Both the position numbers and the translations under genes were made by a program. Below, piece after piece: positions 53,190 through 64,000 of a stretch of 64,000 bases of DNA; positions within the stretch are counted from its first letter, which is position 1, and each line of letters opens with the position of its first letter. The DNA comes from Octopus bimaculoides. Lineage: Eukaryota. Where the stretch lies: the NCBI RefSeq assembly GCF_001194135.2, contig NC_069004.1, positions 21,220,013-21,284,012 on the forward strand. Reading direction: 5' to 3'. The notes under the pieces were generated by a model. That model did no database searches. It was not told the origin of the DNA and was given only the letters and a program-made list of their open reading frames with translations.

Positions 53190-53825
53190 ATGGAGGGGGC
53201 ACCGGTGGGTGGCCAAGGTTATGCGGCCGCGACTGGAGGAGGAACAGAGGAGGGAGGGCTGGAAGTGGTCGAAATTAGGGTTGGTCCGAGGAAGATGAAG
53301 GAATGTGGGAGGTTGCTGGCGAGGGTCGGAAGCACGCTGACGTTGGCGCCGCCTGTGGAACTGACAGAAGGTGTGAGAGGGAGAGCTGTGGTTTTTAAAG
53401 CCATGAAGGTGGCAGCTGGAGGGATGGAGCTTGCGACGGTTGAGGCGATCGAGGGGTGCCTGAGGGGTGTCAGAGAGCAGGCAACTTTTGTAGCTGGAGG
53501 AGGGAAGTGTGCCACTGTGGGGGTGCGATTTGCAACAGAAGTAGAAGCAATTAGGAGCTCTACGGAGACTGTACGATCGGAGGAATGGGTGCTTTTGCCG
53601 TCGTACTGTGGCAAACGTGTGGCCAGAGTGCGAATAGGCAAACTACCCCCAGAACTAGATGAAGCATGGCTCATGACAGCAATAAAGTACAACATGAAGG
53701 AAGAGGCCAAGATATTGAAGGCCACAAGAACAAAGAGTGTGGATTATTGGGGATATGGAATCGAACTGACTATCCAGGCAACAGTGGAAGACCTTAATAG
53801 AATTGACGAGGAGATAGCGCTACCT
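53190..53825 (+). CDS. Uninterrupted ORF, probably ORF1 of a non-LTR retrotransposon (runs into a gap)
   Basis: 212 open codons from ATG 53190; GC-rich relative to the flanks; VRFATEVEA...RVARVRIGKLPPE resembles RRM-type ORF1 segments. No definite family recognised. Confidence 0.5.
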
Positions 53826-54535
53826 NNNNNNNNNNNNNNNNNNNNNNNNNNNNNNNNNNNNNNNNNNNNNNNNNNNNNNNNNNNNNNNNNNNNNNNNNNN
53901 NNNNNNNNNNNNNNNNNNNNNNNNNNNNNNNNNNNNNNNNNNNNNNNNNNNNNNNNNNNNNNNNNNNNNNNNNNNNNNNNNNNNNNNNNNNNNNNNNNNN
54001 NNNNNNNNNNNNNNNNNNNNNNNNNNNNNNNNNNNNNNNNNNNNNNNNNNNNNNNNNNNNNNNNNNNNNNNNNNNNNNNNNNNNNNNNNNNNNNNNNNNN
54101 NNNNNNNNNNNNNNNNNNNNNNNNNNNNNNNNNNNNNNNNNNNNNNNNNNNNNNNNNNNNNNNNNNNNNNNNNNNNNNNNNNNNNNNNNNNNNNNNNNNN
54201 NNNNNNNNNNNNNNNNNNNNNNNNNNNNNNNNNNNNNNNNNNNNNNNNNNNNNNNNNNNNNNNNNNNNNNNNNNNNNNNNNNNNNNNNNNNNNNNNNNNN
54301 NNNNNNNNNNNNNNNNNNNNNNNNNNNNNNNNNNNNNNNNNNNNNNNNNNNNNNNNNNNNNNNNNNNNNNNNNNNNNNNNNNNNNNNNNNNNNNNNNNNN
54401 NNNNNNNNNNNNNNNNNNNNNNNNNNNNNNNNNNNNNNNNCTTGATGAAAAGGTTATAGTTAGAGAGAGACAGAAACAGGTGTCTTGCTGTAGAGAAGGT
54501 ACAAGTTTACTCGGCTGGAGTGAGAGAGAGAGAGC

Positions 54536-54589
<54 letters not shown>

Positions 54590-54885
54590 AGGAAAGAAAA
54601 CAGAAACAGGTGCGCCGCTGCCGCAAAGAAAATACATGGTTACACAACCTGATGGAAGAGCAGGAGAAGGAGAGAGAGAATGGGAGACAGCAGGATGGAG
54701 ATGGTGGCAAAATGCCGGGCATACTCATAAGGAACGGGTATCAGAGTATCAATGGGATGGTTGAGTAAAGGAAGAGAGAGATATAGATGGGGGCAAGTGT
54801 CAGGGCATAGCCTTGAGGTTTGAATGCCATAATATAAGTGGCAGGATATTGTGAAGGAAGCGCGATTAAATAGGGCGGAGGTGGG

Positions 54886-56390
54886 GTGAGTGGCGAATAT
54901 TTACCCCTTCCATCTGCTGACGGACGGTTCCTTTGTGACATTTCTACCGGATCACTTAGACTGCTTGTTCCACATCGTCATCAGCGTCACCGTTTTCGAT
55001 GCTCTTCATTCCTTGTCGCATCCCGGCATAGCCACCACAGTAAAGCTCATTACAGCCCGTTTCTTCTGGCCTAACATGCGCCGTATAATCACCAGTTGGA
55101 CACGTTCTTGTTTGCAGTGTCGACGCACCAAGGTTCATCGACATGTTCGTGCTCCTCTCAGACGCTCGTTTCCGTCATGTCCACATCGACATCGTTGGAC
55201 CCTGGCCCATTAGTCGCGGTTTCACGTACATCTTGACTTGCATCGATGTTTTCTCTCGATGGCCTGAAGCCTTACCTGACCGACATCACAGCCAAATCCG
55301 TCGCCCAAGCGTTCATTTCCAATTGGGTGGAGCGCTTTGGTGTCCCATCTAAAATAACCACTGATAGGGGATGCCACTTCGAAGCTTCTTTATTCCGTGA
55401 AATATCACGACTGTTGGGTGCTCATCGAATTCATACACCAAATTATCACCCAGCTTCCAATGGAATGATAGAACGATTCCGCAGACAGTTAAAAGCTGCA
55501 CTACGCGCTATTCCTGATCCGCAACGTTGGACTGAATTCCTACCAATTGTTCTTCTTAGTTGCCGTTCCACTGTTAAAACAGATTTAGGTTTCTCTTTAG
55601 CCGAACTTGATGCTTCCCGGTCAAATGTTCGCACCAGTTGACTCATCAGATTCTGATACGAAATCATACGTCAACAAACTTCATTCTTACTTCTCCAATC
55701 TTCCACCAATGTCTCCGCGGGACCAATCCATTTCTTCTGCTCTCCCATCAGACATCCCTGAGTGGACACATGTTTTTATTCGGAACGATTCCGTTAAAGG
55801 ATCTCTTACATCACCTTATTCTGGACCTTATCATGTACTGTCGCACTCACCAAAAAAATTCATAGTCGACGTTAATGGTCGAAAAGAAACATCGACAGAA
55901 TAAAGACGGCTTTCTCAGAAAATCTCATTCCCGAACCTGACATACCACGCACATTCACTCCGACACCAACACCGCCACATGCACCACAAACACAACATAC
56001 CTTTAAACCTTATATCACAAGAAGTGGCAGAACAGTACATTGGCCTCAAAATTTATCCAGAACCATTTATATTTAACGTTGTGTTACAAAATAAACTGTT
56101 TGCTATTTCTTTTGCAAAAGAACTTCGTTGAAAAACATTTTTCCCATGCACGCTTCACATTGTATTTTTCGTATTGTCATGTTTTGCATTTAGTTTGAGG
56201 TGCATAGCTGTGTAGCTAAAGGTTTGCTGCACCAAACTCTGCAGTACCTATCATGATGCATATATTGATTTTCTCCTATTTTACTACTTGTTTTGCAAGC
56301 ACATGTTTCTACTACCTCGTTTTGCTTTGTATCTGCCCTGGATCACTACAATGATTTTTCGTATCGACTTCTCGTCTGAAGAGGGAGATA
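54886..56390 (+). mobile_element. Ty3/Gypsy integrase and 3' region
   Basis: LHSLSHPG...CLQC (HHCC); HIDIVGP; CIDVFSRW; ITTDRG; YHPASNGMIERF (rve core). PPT gaagagggaga at about 56378-56388. Confidence 0.92.
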
Positions 56391-56810
56391 TGTATTGACC
56401 CCTGGCGATCAAGCAGGAAAACAAAACGAAAAAAGGTCTAACGAGAGTAATCTCCCTCGACCTTCTCGAAAATTCTCGAACATTCTAGAAGCTTCCAATT
56501 AACTTCCGGATGACGTGGAAGTCAGGGACTTCCGGTTCATCCATTATAAAGGAACACATTCTAATTTTGCGCCACTCTTACCTGTCGGATCCTAGATATG
56601 CACTGAGTCACGCCACTCGCATACACACTCGCACGCGCGGATGTTCGCCTTATTTGCTTTGAAACATGTGGCTGCAAAATATGTTCATGTCATGTTACAA
56701 GCTTTTCCTTCAATTAAGCTTATATGTTAACGCATTACATCCAGTAATAAATATGTTATGACTTATTATGAACGTCTTACAAATTCTTATTTTCTTGTCG
56801 TTTACGTACA
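56391..56810 (+). mobile_element. Gypsy 3' LTR
   Basis: Starts TGTA directly after the PPT and ends TACA; internal tataaa (about 56545) and aataaa (about 56746). Confidence 0.7.
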
Positions 56811-57818
56811 AGATGGTGACACCTCTTTCTCGCATGCAATTATAAAAATTATAGGATGTCACTTACTGACAATCACTATAGGAGGATACACATGGATGAA
56901 AAAGGTCAGTGAAGAGGTCACAGATGTGTGATGAAAGATTTCCAGACAATGGACATAAGATAAAATAACAACAATAATAAACGAGTGAAGAACGGATATC
57001 TAGTGTGTGTTTATTTGGCAAAAAATTTTTTAAAAATAAAAATTTAAAAAAACGACCATCCCAAAATATAACAATATCTGTTTCAACACACGATTTCACA
57101 TCAGGAATCTTGCAAAACAAATTCATAAACATATGTGTACACACACACACACACACACACATACACACACACACACACACACACATACACACACACACAC
57201 ACAATTATTTGGTAGCCTTGATAAAACTCCGAGTTTCGGATGCCGGGGCAGAAACATATGCCTACTCCAATCCTACTCATTTGTATCTCTGTTTCTTGCC
57301 TGTGAAAAGTAGAGTTAAAGATCCTTTCCATCCTCCCTCTTGCACACAACACACCTCCATTCACCTCTCTTCCAGTGTCTCCACAATCTTACTAATAGTT
57401 ACCAAGCACAGCCAAATGAGCAAAGTTTGTAACCCTGGGTATATAGTGAGACCTGTTGATGAGAATTAAGATAGGTAAACTTTCAAAATTCAAAATCAAT
57501 TGATTCAGGGGTATCTATTTCCTCATTCAATGGCTGAGATGGTAAGTTAATTTCTTTGCTCGTAGCCTAATTTCTGTTGTGCTTGATATATTTCTAGAGA
57601 TTGGCAGCTTGTTTTAGAAGATCTACCGACTCTGATTTTCACAGCAATTCTGGCACAGTGTGTGTCTTATTATAATTATAAATTAATTATAAAATTTTAG
57701 ATTTGCCATTTATCAGCTTTTGATTACTGGCCACTTATATTATTGTTCTTATTATTCATTTTACTAATGATAACAATTAATAATAATATCTATATATTTT
57801 CAAATATTTATTCATTTA

Positions 57819-57861
<43 letters not shown>

Positions 57862-58021
57862 ATGTTTGAGCAAAAATTTGGGCACTCAAATAGACAGTTG
57901 ATGATTTTTATAAATTATTTCATTTTTGATTTCAGTTTCTTTTTAATATTTTCCTTAAAAATATTCATTTTTATAATCATTGATTGGTTGTCTTCTGTAC
58001 CAATCCAGGAAACCATTATTA

Positions 58022-58053
<32 letters not shown>

Positions 58054-60277
58054 TGAAGGAAAAAGATGTTTCTGAGGTAGCCCCACAGGAAAGATAAAAT
58101 AACTGGTTTGCCTTATGAAAATGGATGTTTTAGTTCCAGTTATACTTGTAGAAGGTTTGTAGACTATGTGAGAATCCATTAATTGCCTATTGTAGGAGAA
58201 AAGTGTGTCTTTTTTACCTGTTTATATATCTTTGATAAATAGCTATTTCTATTGTTCATGGTTCAAAATGACATCAGACGTAGAGGGAGAAATGCTCATC
58301 ACAGTGATGGTAGCAGAAGCCCCTATAATAAAACATCCTTACAAATTATTTTTAAAAATCTCAATTAATGGACAAAAAAACGAAACTCATGCATACAAAG
58401 ATTCAAGCTTAAACACTTAAAAAAAGCAATAATATGAATAAAAAATAACATTCAGTGTTTTACAAATGTTGAGGAGCAAAAGTTCAAAGAACATGAGTAA
58501 AAATATGAAGGCATGCTGCCAAAAGCAGTGCTTATTTGCCTTATGAATTTATCTAGGAAAGGGAAAAGGGTAAGATAAGATACCACTGTTTTTCAAAACA
58601 ATGGTGGGGATTTCAATGCCCTTAAAAGAAAGGTGTGTGTTCTATTAACCAAATTAGGATATAATGAAGAATTCTTAACCCTTTCAAACTGGGAATTAGG
58701 CTAAGCAATAAGTTGAGGTGGTGTTTCTTACTCCTGCCCTACAGGAGTGAGGCGAGTTCAGATCTGACCCCGATCCTCACACTCAGGAAGACAAGGATTA
58801 TGGTTATAGATATTTTGACAGAAGCTCATCATCATCTTTACATAACACTACAACCATGGGGTGAGCATGGAGGGGATCCACAGGAATATGAAATCAAGTG
58901 GATTTGCATAAACCTTCAAGTCATTTGATCCTCTTCCAAAGGACACAAGGCTATCTTGAAGCTGTACTCTATCAAAGGAGTATGTATCTTTCAGTTTATT
59001 CCTATTGTATGTTGTTCTTCCCTTTATTTGTCTTTTGATGATTGATTCTATGTGCACCCCTTATATTTTTGTAATTTATCATTGTAATTCCCCCTCAAAC
59101 ATTGCTCTTGTGGCAAGCAAAAGAAAATAGTGGATTGACAGAATTATTGAACTAAATGCTTAGAGATATTTGTTCCTGCTCTTTATGTTCCGAGATCAAT
59201 TCCTGCCAAGGTCAACTTTGCCTTTCATTCTATTTTTTTTTTTTTTTTTTTGCACTGATAACATTAAACTCCAGTCAAGAACTGGGTTGATGTAATCAGC
59301 TTGTCTATCCACTAGACCTTGAACCTATGCTTTCCTTTTTAGGGTGGTGGATTGACAGAATCAGTGAAGTGTAGTATTGCTTCTGGTTCTTTACTTTTTA
59401 AATTGAAATCCCACCAAAGTCAAATTTGTCATTCTTTCAGATTCAACAAATGAAAGTACCTGTCAAATACTGGGGTTGATTTAATGAAAGAAACCCCCTC
59501 CCCGCAAATATTCAGGCTAATACTTGTTACAGTTATTATTATTATCATTATTATTAAGAAGGCAAAAGCAGTGAGCTGGCAGAATTGTTAACACACCAGG
59601 CAAAATGCTTAGTGGAATTTCGTATGTCCTTATGTTCTGAGTTCAAATTCTGCTGAGGTCAACTTAGCCCTTCATCCATTTGGGTTTCAATAAAATAAGT
59701 ACCAGTTGAACACTGAGATTGATGTAATCTACTTACTCACTTCTCTGAAGTTATTGGCCTAGTACCAAAATTTGAAGCCATTATTATTAAGGAGGCAAAC
59801 TGACAGAATCATTAGTATACAATGGGTTGCTGGGTGGCTGCTAAGTAGCACAACTGAATGTAGCTGTGTGTGTGTGTGTCAAGGGTACATGCAGTGTTTT
59901 CTGTTTTATTTTTGTGTTTAAAGTACTGTATGTAATATATGTTCTGTGTGTTGTTGCTGTTAATGTTTAGTTCTTTGTTGGCCTTGATTCTGTAGAATTA
60001 TGATTAAAGCTATTCCAATTATGTTTATTCAATATTTTTGTCATTTTGATGAGGGAATCTTGGTCTGTCTTTGAACACACCATATAATGAGTCTTTTTAT
60101 GGATGGTAGGATTTGGTTTGATGCACATGTAAGTGTTATTTCTAGCAAATAATCAGACTGTATAGGGGCTCCCTTGCTGATTTGCATTTCTGTTTTTTTT
60201 TTAATGTTGTGTGTGTGAATATATANNNNNNNNNNNNNNNNNNNNNNNNNNNNNNNNNNNNNNNNNNNNNNNNNNNN

Positions 60278-60321
<44 letters not shown>

Positions 60322-60323
<2 letters not shown>

Positions 60324-60542
60324 CTTTCTCCTCAACTTATAACTGACTGGTTGTAAGTCATTCTGGGTGTATGCCGGATTTATATTTTTCAACACTATTT
60401 TCATTCAAATGGGTTATAAAAATATAAAACACAAAAATTTAATCCATAATTATTGTACATAATGTGAAAAATGCATAATATGTACTTTATTTTTTTTTTG
60501 TGGTCATAAGTCGTATAGGTTGTAAGTTGAGGAGAAGGTGTA
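60322..60542. mobile_element. Tc/pogo-type MITE
   Basis: TIRs ttctcctcaacttataac and gttgtaagttgaggagaa, TA-flanked. Confidence 0.6.
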
Positions 60543-60787
60543 TATAATTTCATTTTGATGTTAACCCTGAAGTTTACCCTGTTAAGCTCATCCATGGGAC
60601 CAGGCTATCAGACAGCAGACAGATGGTAATCCAAAGATTGTTTGTTATATCAAACACAAGCCTGAAAATCCACTAAACACCACAGAGTTTCTACAATTAT
60701 AACATAGGAGAATGGAGTGGACATGTCCTTTTATTTCATTGATTTACAGTTATTTTGTTGAAAATTTATCTTGTGAGTGTTGCTATG

Positions 60788-60966
60788 TTATGCAACAATA
60801 TATGCAATCATTAATACATGAAGTATCATAGACACAAAATTCAAGATCAATTCTTCAGAATCATGCATAAAAGTTATTTGCAAATATCTATTATGCATGA
60901 TTCTCAAGAATTAATCTTGTGTCTATGACATCTCATGTATCAATGGTTGCATATTTCATTGCATAA
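60788..60966. repeat. Imperfect hairpin of about 180 bp
   Basis: Paired segments ttatgcaa/ttgcataa, tcatagacacaa/ttgtgtctatga and gaatcatgcataa/ttatgcatgattc. Confidence 0.7.
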
Positions 60967-61213
60967 TAATATAGTAATACTCATGAAATCAATTTTCAAG
61001 GAGACAATTGTAAATCAATGAAATAAAAGCATGTGTTCCTTCCATTTTCCTTGGTTATAATTATATATATATGGTTAATGTTAGGAAGGGCATCCAGCAG
61101 TAGAAACCAAGCCAAATCAGACAGACTGGAACCTGGTGCAGTTCTCCTGCTTATCAACTCTGGTCAAACTGTCCAACCCATGCATGCCAACTTGGAGGAT
61201 GGACATTACAGAA

Positions 61214-61325
61214 TGATGATGATGATGATGATGATGATGGTGATAGTGATGATGACGATGACGACGATGATGATGATGATGAGGAGGAGGATGAAGATGA
61301 TGATGATGATAATGATGATGATGAT
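61214..61325. repeat. (ATG)n compound microsatellite ending an RTE tail
   Basis: Direct sequence; follows the RTE-type 3' tail at about 61075-61213. Confidence 0.9.
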
Positions 61326-61821
61326 ATATACATACACATATACATATATATATATNNNNNNNNNNNNNNNNNNNNNNNNNNNNNNNNNNNNNNNNNNNNN
61401 NNNNNNNNNNNNNNNNNNNNNNNNNNNNNNNNNNNNNNNNNNNNNNNNNNNNNNNNNNNNNNNNNNNNNNNNNNNNNNNNNNNNNNNNNNNNNNNNNNNN
61501 NNNNNNNNNNNNNNNNNNNNNNNNNNNNNNNNNNNNNNNNNNNNNNNNNNNNNNNNNNNNNNNNNNNNNNNNNNNNNNNNNNNNNNNNNNNNNNNNNNNN
61601 NNNNNNNNNNNNNNNNNNNNNNNNNNNNNNNNNNNNNNNNNNNNNNNNNNNNNNNNNNNNNNNNNNNNNNNNNNNNNNNNNNNNNNNNNNNNNNNNNNNN
61701 NNNNNNNNNNNNNNNNNNNNNNNNNNNNNNNNNNNNNNNNNNTATATATATATATATATACATCAATATATATATACATCAATATATATATATACATCAA
61801 TATATTTGCCTGTATTATTAC

Positions 61822-61854
<33 letters not shown>

Positions 61855-61887
61855 CATCATTATTATTAACATCATTTATAATTTTCG

Positions 61888-62165
61888 TCATAAACTTGTT
61901 GTTTCTATGTTCCTGCTTGCTATGGCTTCTGCAAGTTTCTCTCTTAAAACATCTCCAGGTTGTGACCGTTTCCTGGCCAGACAGAAAGCTACCAGAATCA
62001 ATGCAATGGATAAAAGCCGTCCACCCAACAATGGTAAAAATACCAGTTGCTTGAGTTTTGAAATATCATATAGTTGACATGATCCCTTTTGTCCACAGTT
62101 ATATTCCCATATGGAACAGGCTGTGTCTATAAGTTGACCAAACAAGGCTGGAGCTGGAAGGAATC
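61888..62165 (-). CDS. SLCO: Terminal exon of an organic anion transporting polypeptide (OATP/SLCO family)
   Basis: ttctattttcag|GA TTC CTT CCA GCT CCA... gives (G)FLPAPALFGQLIDTACSIWEYNCGQKGSCQLYD...TTSL*. Matches the OATP P.P..FG.LID..C..W...CG..G.C..YD motif. Paralogue not assignable. Confidence 0.92.
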
Positions 62166-62839
62166 CTGAAAATAGAAGAAATAACAAGAAATTACACACA
62201 CACACATATCATCATCATCATCAGTATCACTGTTTAACGTTCATCCTCCATGCATGCATGGGTAGGACGGTTCACAGGAACTGGCCAGGTAGAAAAACTA
62301 CCTTATGCTACTCTATTTTGGCAGGGTTTTTATGGCTGGATGCCCTTCCTAATATCAACCACTCTGCAGAGTGGACTCAGTGCTTTTTATGTGACACTAG
62401 CACAGATGAGGCTAATTTTGACATGATTTTTACTGCCAGATGCCCTTCCAAATGCCAACCACTTTACAGTGTGGACTGGATGCTTTTTAAATGGCACCAG
62501 CACTGGCAGGGTCACCAAGTAACTCGCAAGACAAGGAATTATGAGAGGGGCAGGGGCATTTGAGGAGGGGAACTTGTGTCAGAGGACGAAAGGTTAGAGG
62601 GTGACAAAGAGATAGAGAGGCAGAAACAGGTGTCTCACTATAATGGAGGGGCCACTGGAGGAGGTGATCCAGTGTCAGATGATGAAAGGTTAGAATCTTA
62701 GAGAGAAATAAGGAGAAATAGGGAGGTAGAAATAGGTGCCTTGCTATAGAGGAGGTACAATAGGAGAGAGAAAGAAAGAATAAGCGCAGAAATAATTGTG
62801 CTGCTGTGGAGGAGATACGCAGCTACTCAGCATGAGGGA

Positions 62840-62871
<32 letters not shown>

Positions 62872-63219
62872 TAGGCAACAGCAAAAGTGTAAGAGAGAGC
62901 AGGAGAGAGATGGTGGTGAAGTGCCAGGGTATACTCACAAGTAACAAGGATCAGAGCATAGATGTGATAGTAGAGTAACGAAAAGAGAGGTATGAAGGTC
63001 ATAATTTGTGTGGTCAGGTATTGCCAAGAAGGTACAAGTAGGAAGTGAGGTTTGCAGTGACTGGTGAAAACCTGGGTAGTGAGCAGTGAAGGCAAGAAAG
63101 GGAATTGGAAGACAATCATAGTTTATGAGGAGGAAATGTGAGGAAGAGAAAGATGCTCTTTAGAAGTGATGTAGTTCAGTTTCTTGGGGTAGGGTGTGTA
63201 AGTTTGTTGTTACATGTGG

Positions 63220-63880
63220 GTGAGACACAGCTCTTCTAGCACTCAGTTTCACTGACGTGGGCAGGTTTTCTCTAGAACCTCATATCACCAACCATCTCGG
63301 TCCATTGTTATTTCCTCTGTGAGCCCCAACATCCTAAGATCAGTCCTCACCACTTCATCCCATATGTTCTTGGGTCTCCCTCTTCCACAAGTACCATCCA
63401 CATGACAGGCACTTCTTTATACAGCTGTCTTCAGACATACACATCACATATCCAAACCAATGCATTCTCCTCTCTGGCATACCACATTTAATCCCTCTTA
63501 TTCCTAACTTTTCCCTCAACACAGTTGTGCTTTGTTGGTCATGCACACTGATGTTGCAAATCCAACAGAGCATACTACCTTCATTCCTCTCCAGTCTATG
63601 TATGTCCTTTACAGTCAGAGCCCATGTTCACTACCATGTAACACAGCCGTTCTCACACAAGCATCATACAATCTGCTTTCCACTCTGAGAGAGTGTCCTC
63701 TTGCAGCCAACAGAGGTAGTAGCTCTCTGAACTTCCTCCATCCTATTCTTATTCTAGAAACAATACTGTCAGAGCATCCACCATTGTTACTAATTTGATC
63801 ACCTAAATAGCAGAAACTATCCACTACCTCAAGAGAGCCTCCTGGGAATTTGAGAGAGAGTAAGTCCCTCATGCCCTTAG
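63220..63880 (-). mobile_element. RTE-clade LINE C-terminal RT fragment
   Basis: LEVVDSFCYLGDQI...RIRIGWRKFRELLPLL...YDACVRTAVLHGSE; LREKLGI...RRMHWFGYV. Confidence 0.85.
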
Positions 63881-64000
63881 TGCTTATTGTTCCAGTGCAT
63901 CAGTAACGCATGAAAGTGACCTTATATGATAATCATCCCATGATTCCACTGCATCTATAGTATACACTTGGTGTAGCAAATGGAATTACTTCCCACTCCT

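Overview
Repeat-dense, intron-rich animal genomic DNA from a gapped assembly. The SINE/RTE-tail families and microsatellite load suggest an octopus (coleoid cephalopod); this is inferred from remembered repeat families, not from a search. Two host genes are supported. (1) A PMM2-like phosphomannomutase on +, with five GT-AG coding exons (9482-33583) matching human PMM2 exons 3, 4, 5, 6+7 fused, and 8; exons 1-2 were not found in the window. (2) The terminal coding exon of an OATP/SLCO transporter on - (62165-61888). The rest is mostly transposon debris: Penelope-like elements (PLEs), two Chapaev3/CMC-like DNA transposons, three non-autonomous Helitrons, Tc1 and mariner remnants, two Gypsy remnants, RTE and HERO LINE fragments, MITE/foldback hairpins and many SINEs. 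The most interesting signal is five hammerhead-ribozyme-like motifs (one intact, the others variant or decayed). Three have unusually long stem II inserts and four have palindromic or near-palindromic stem III. They sit beside GIY-YIG endonuclease remnants, and one well-preserved PLE ORF lacks reverse transcriptase entirely. Also notable are two genomic A residues in PMM where A-to-I editing would restore conserved Gly and Asp. Repeat boundaries are approximate unless termini are quoted.
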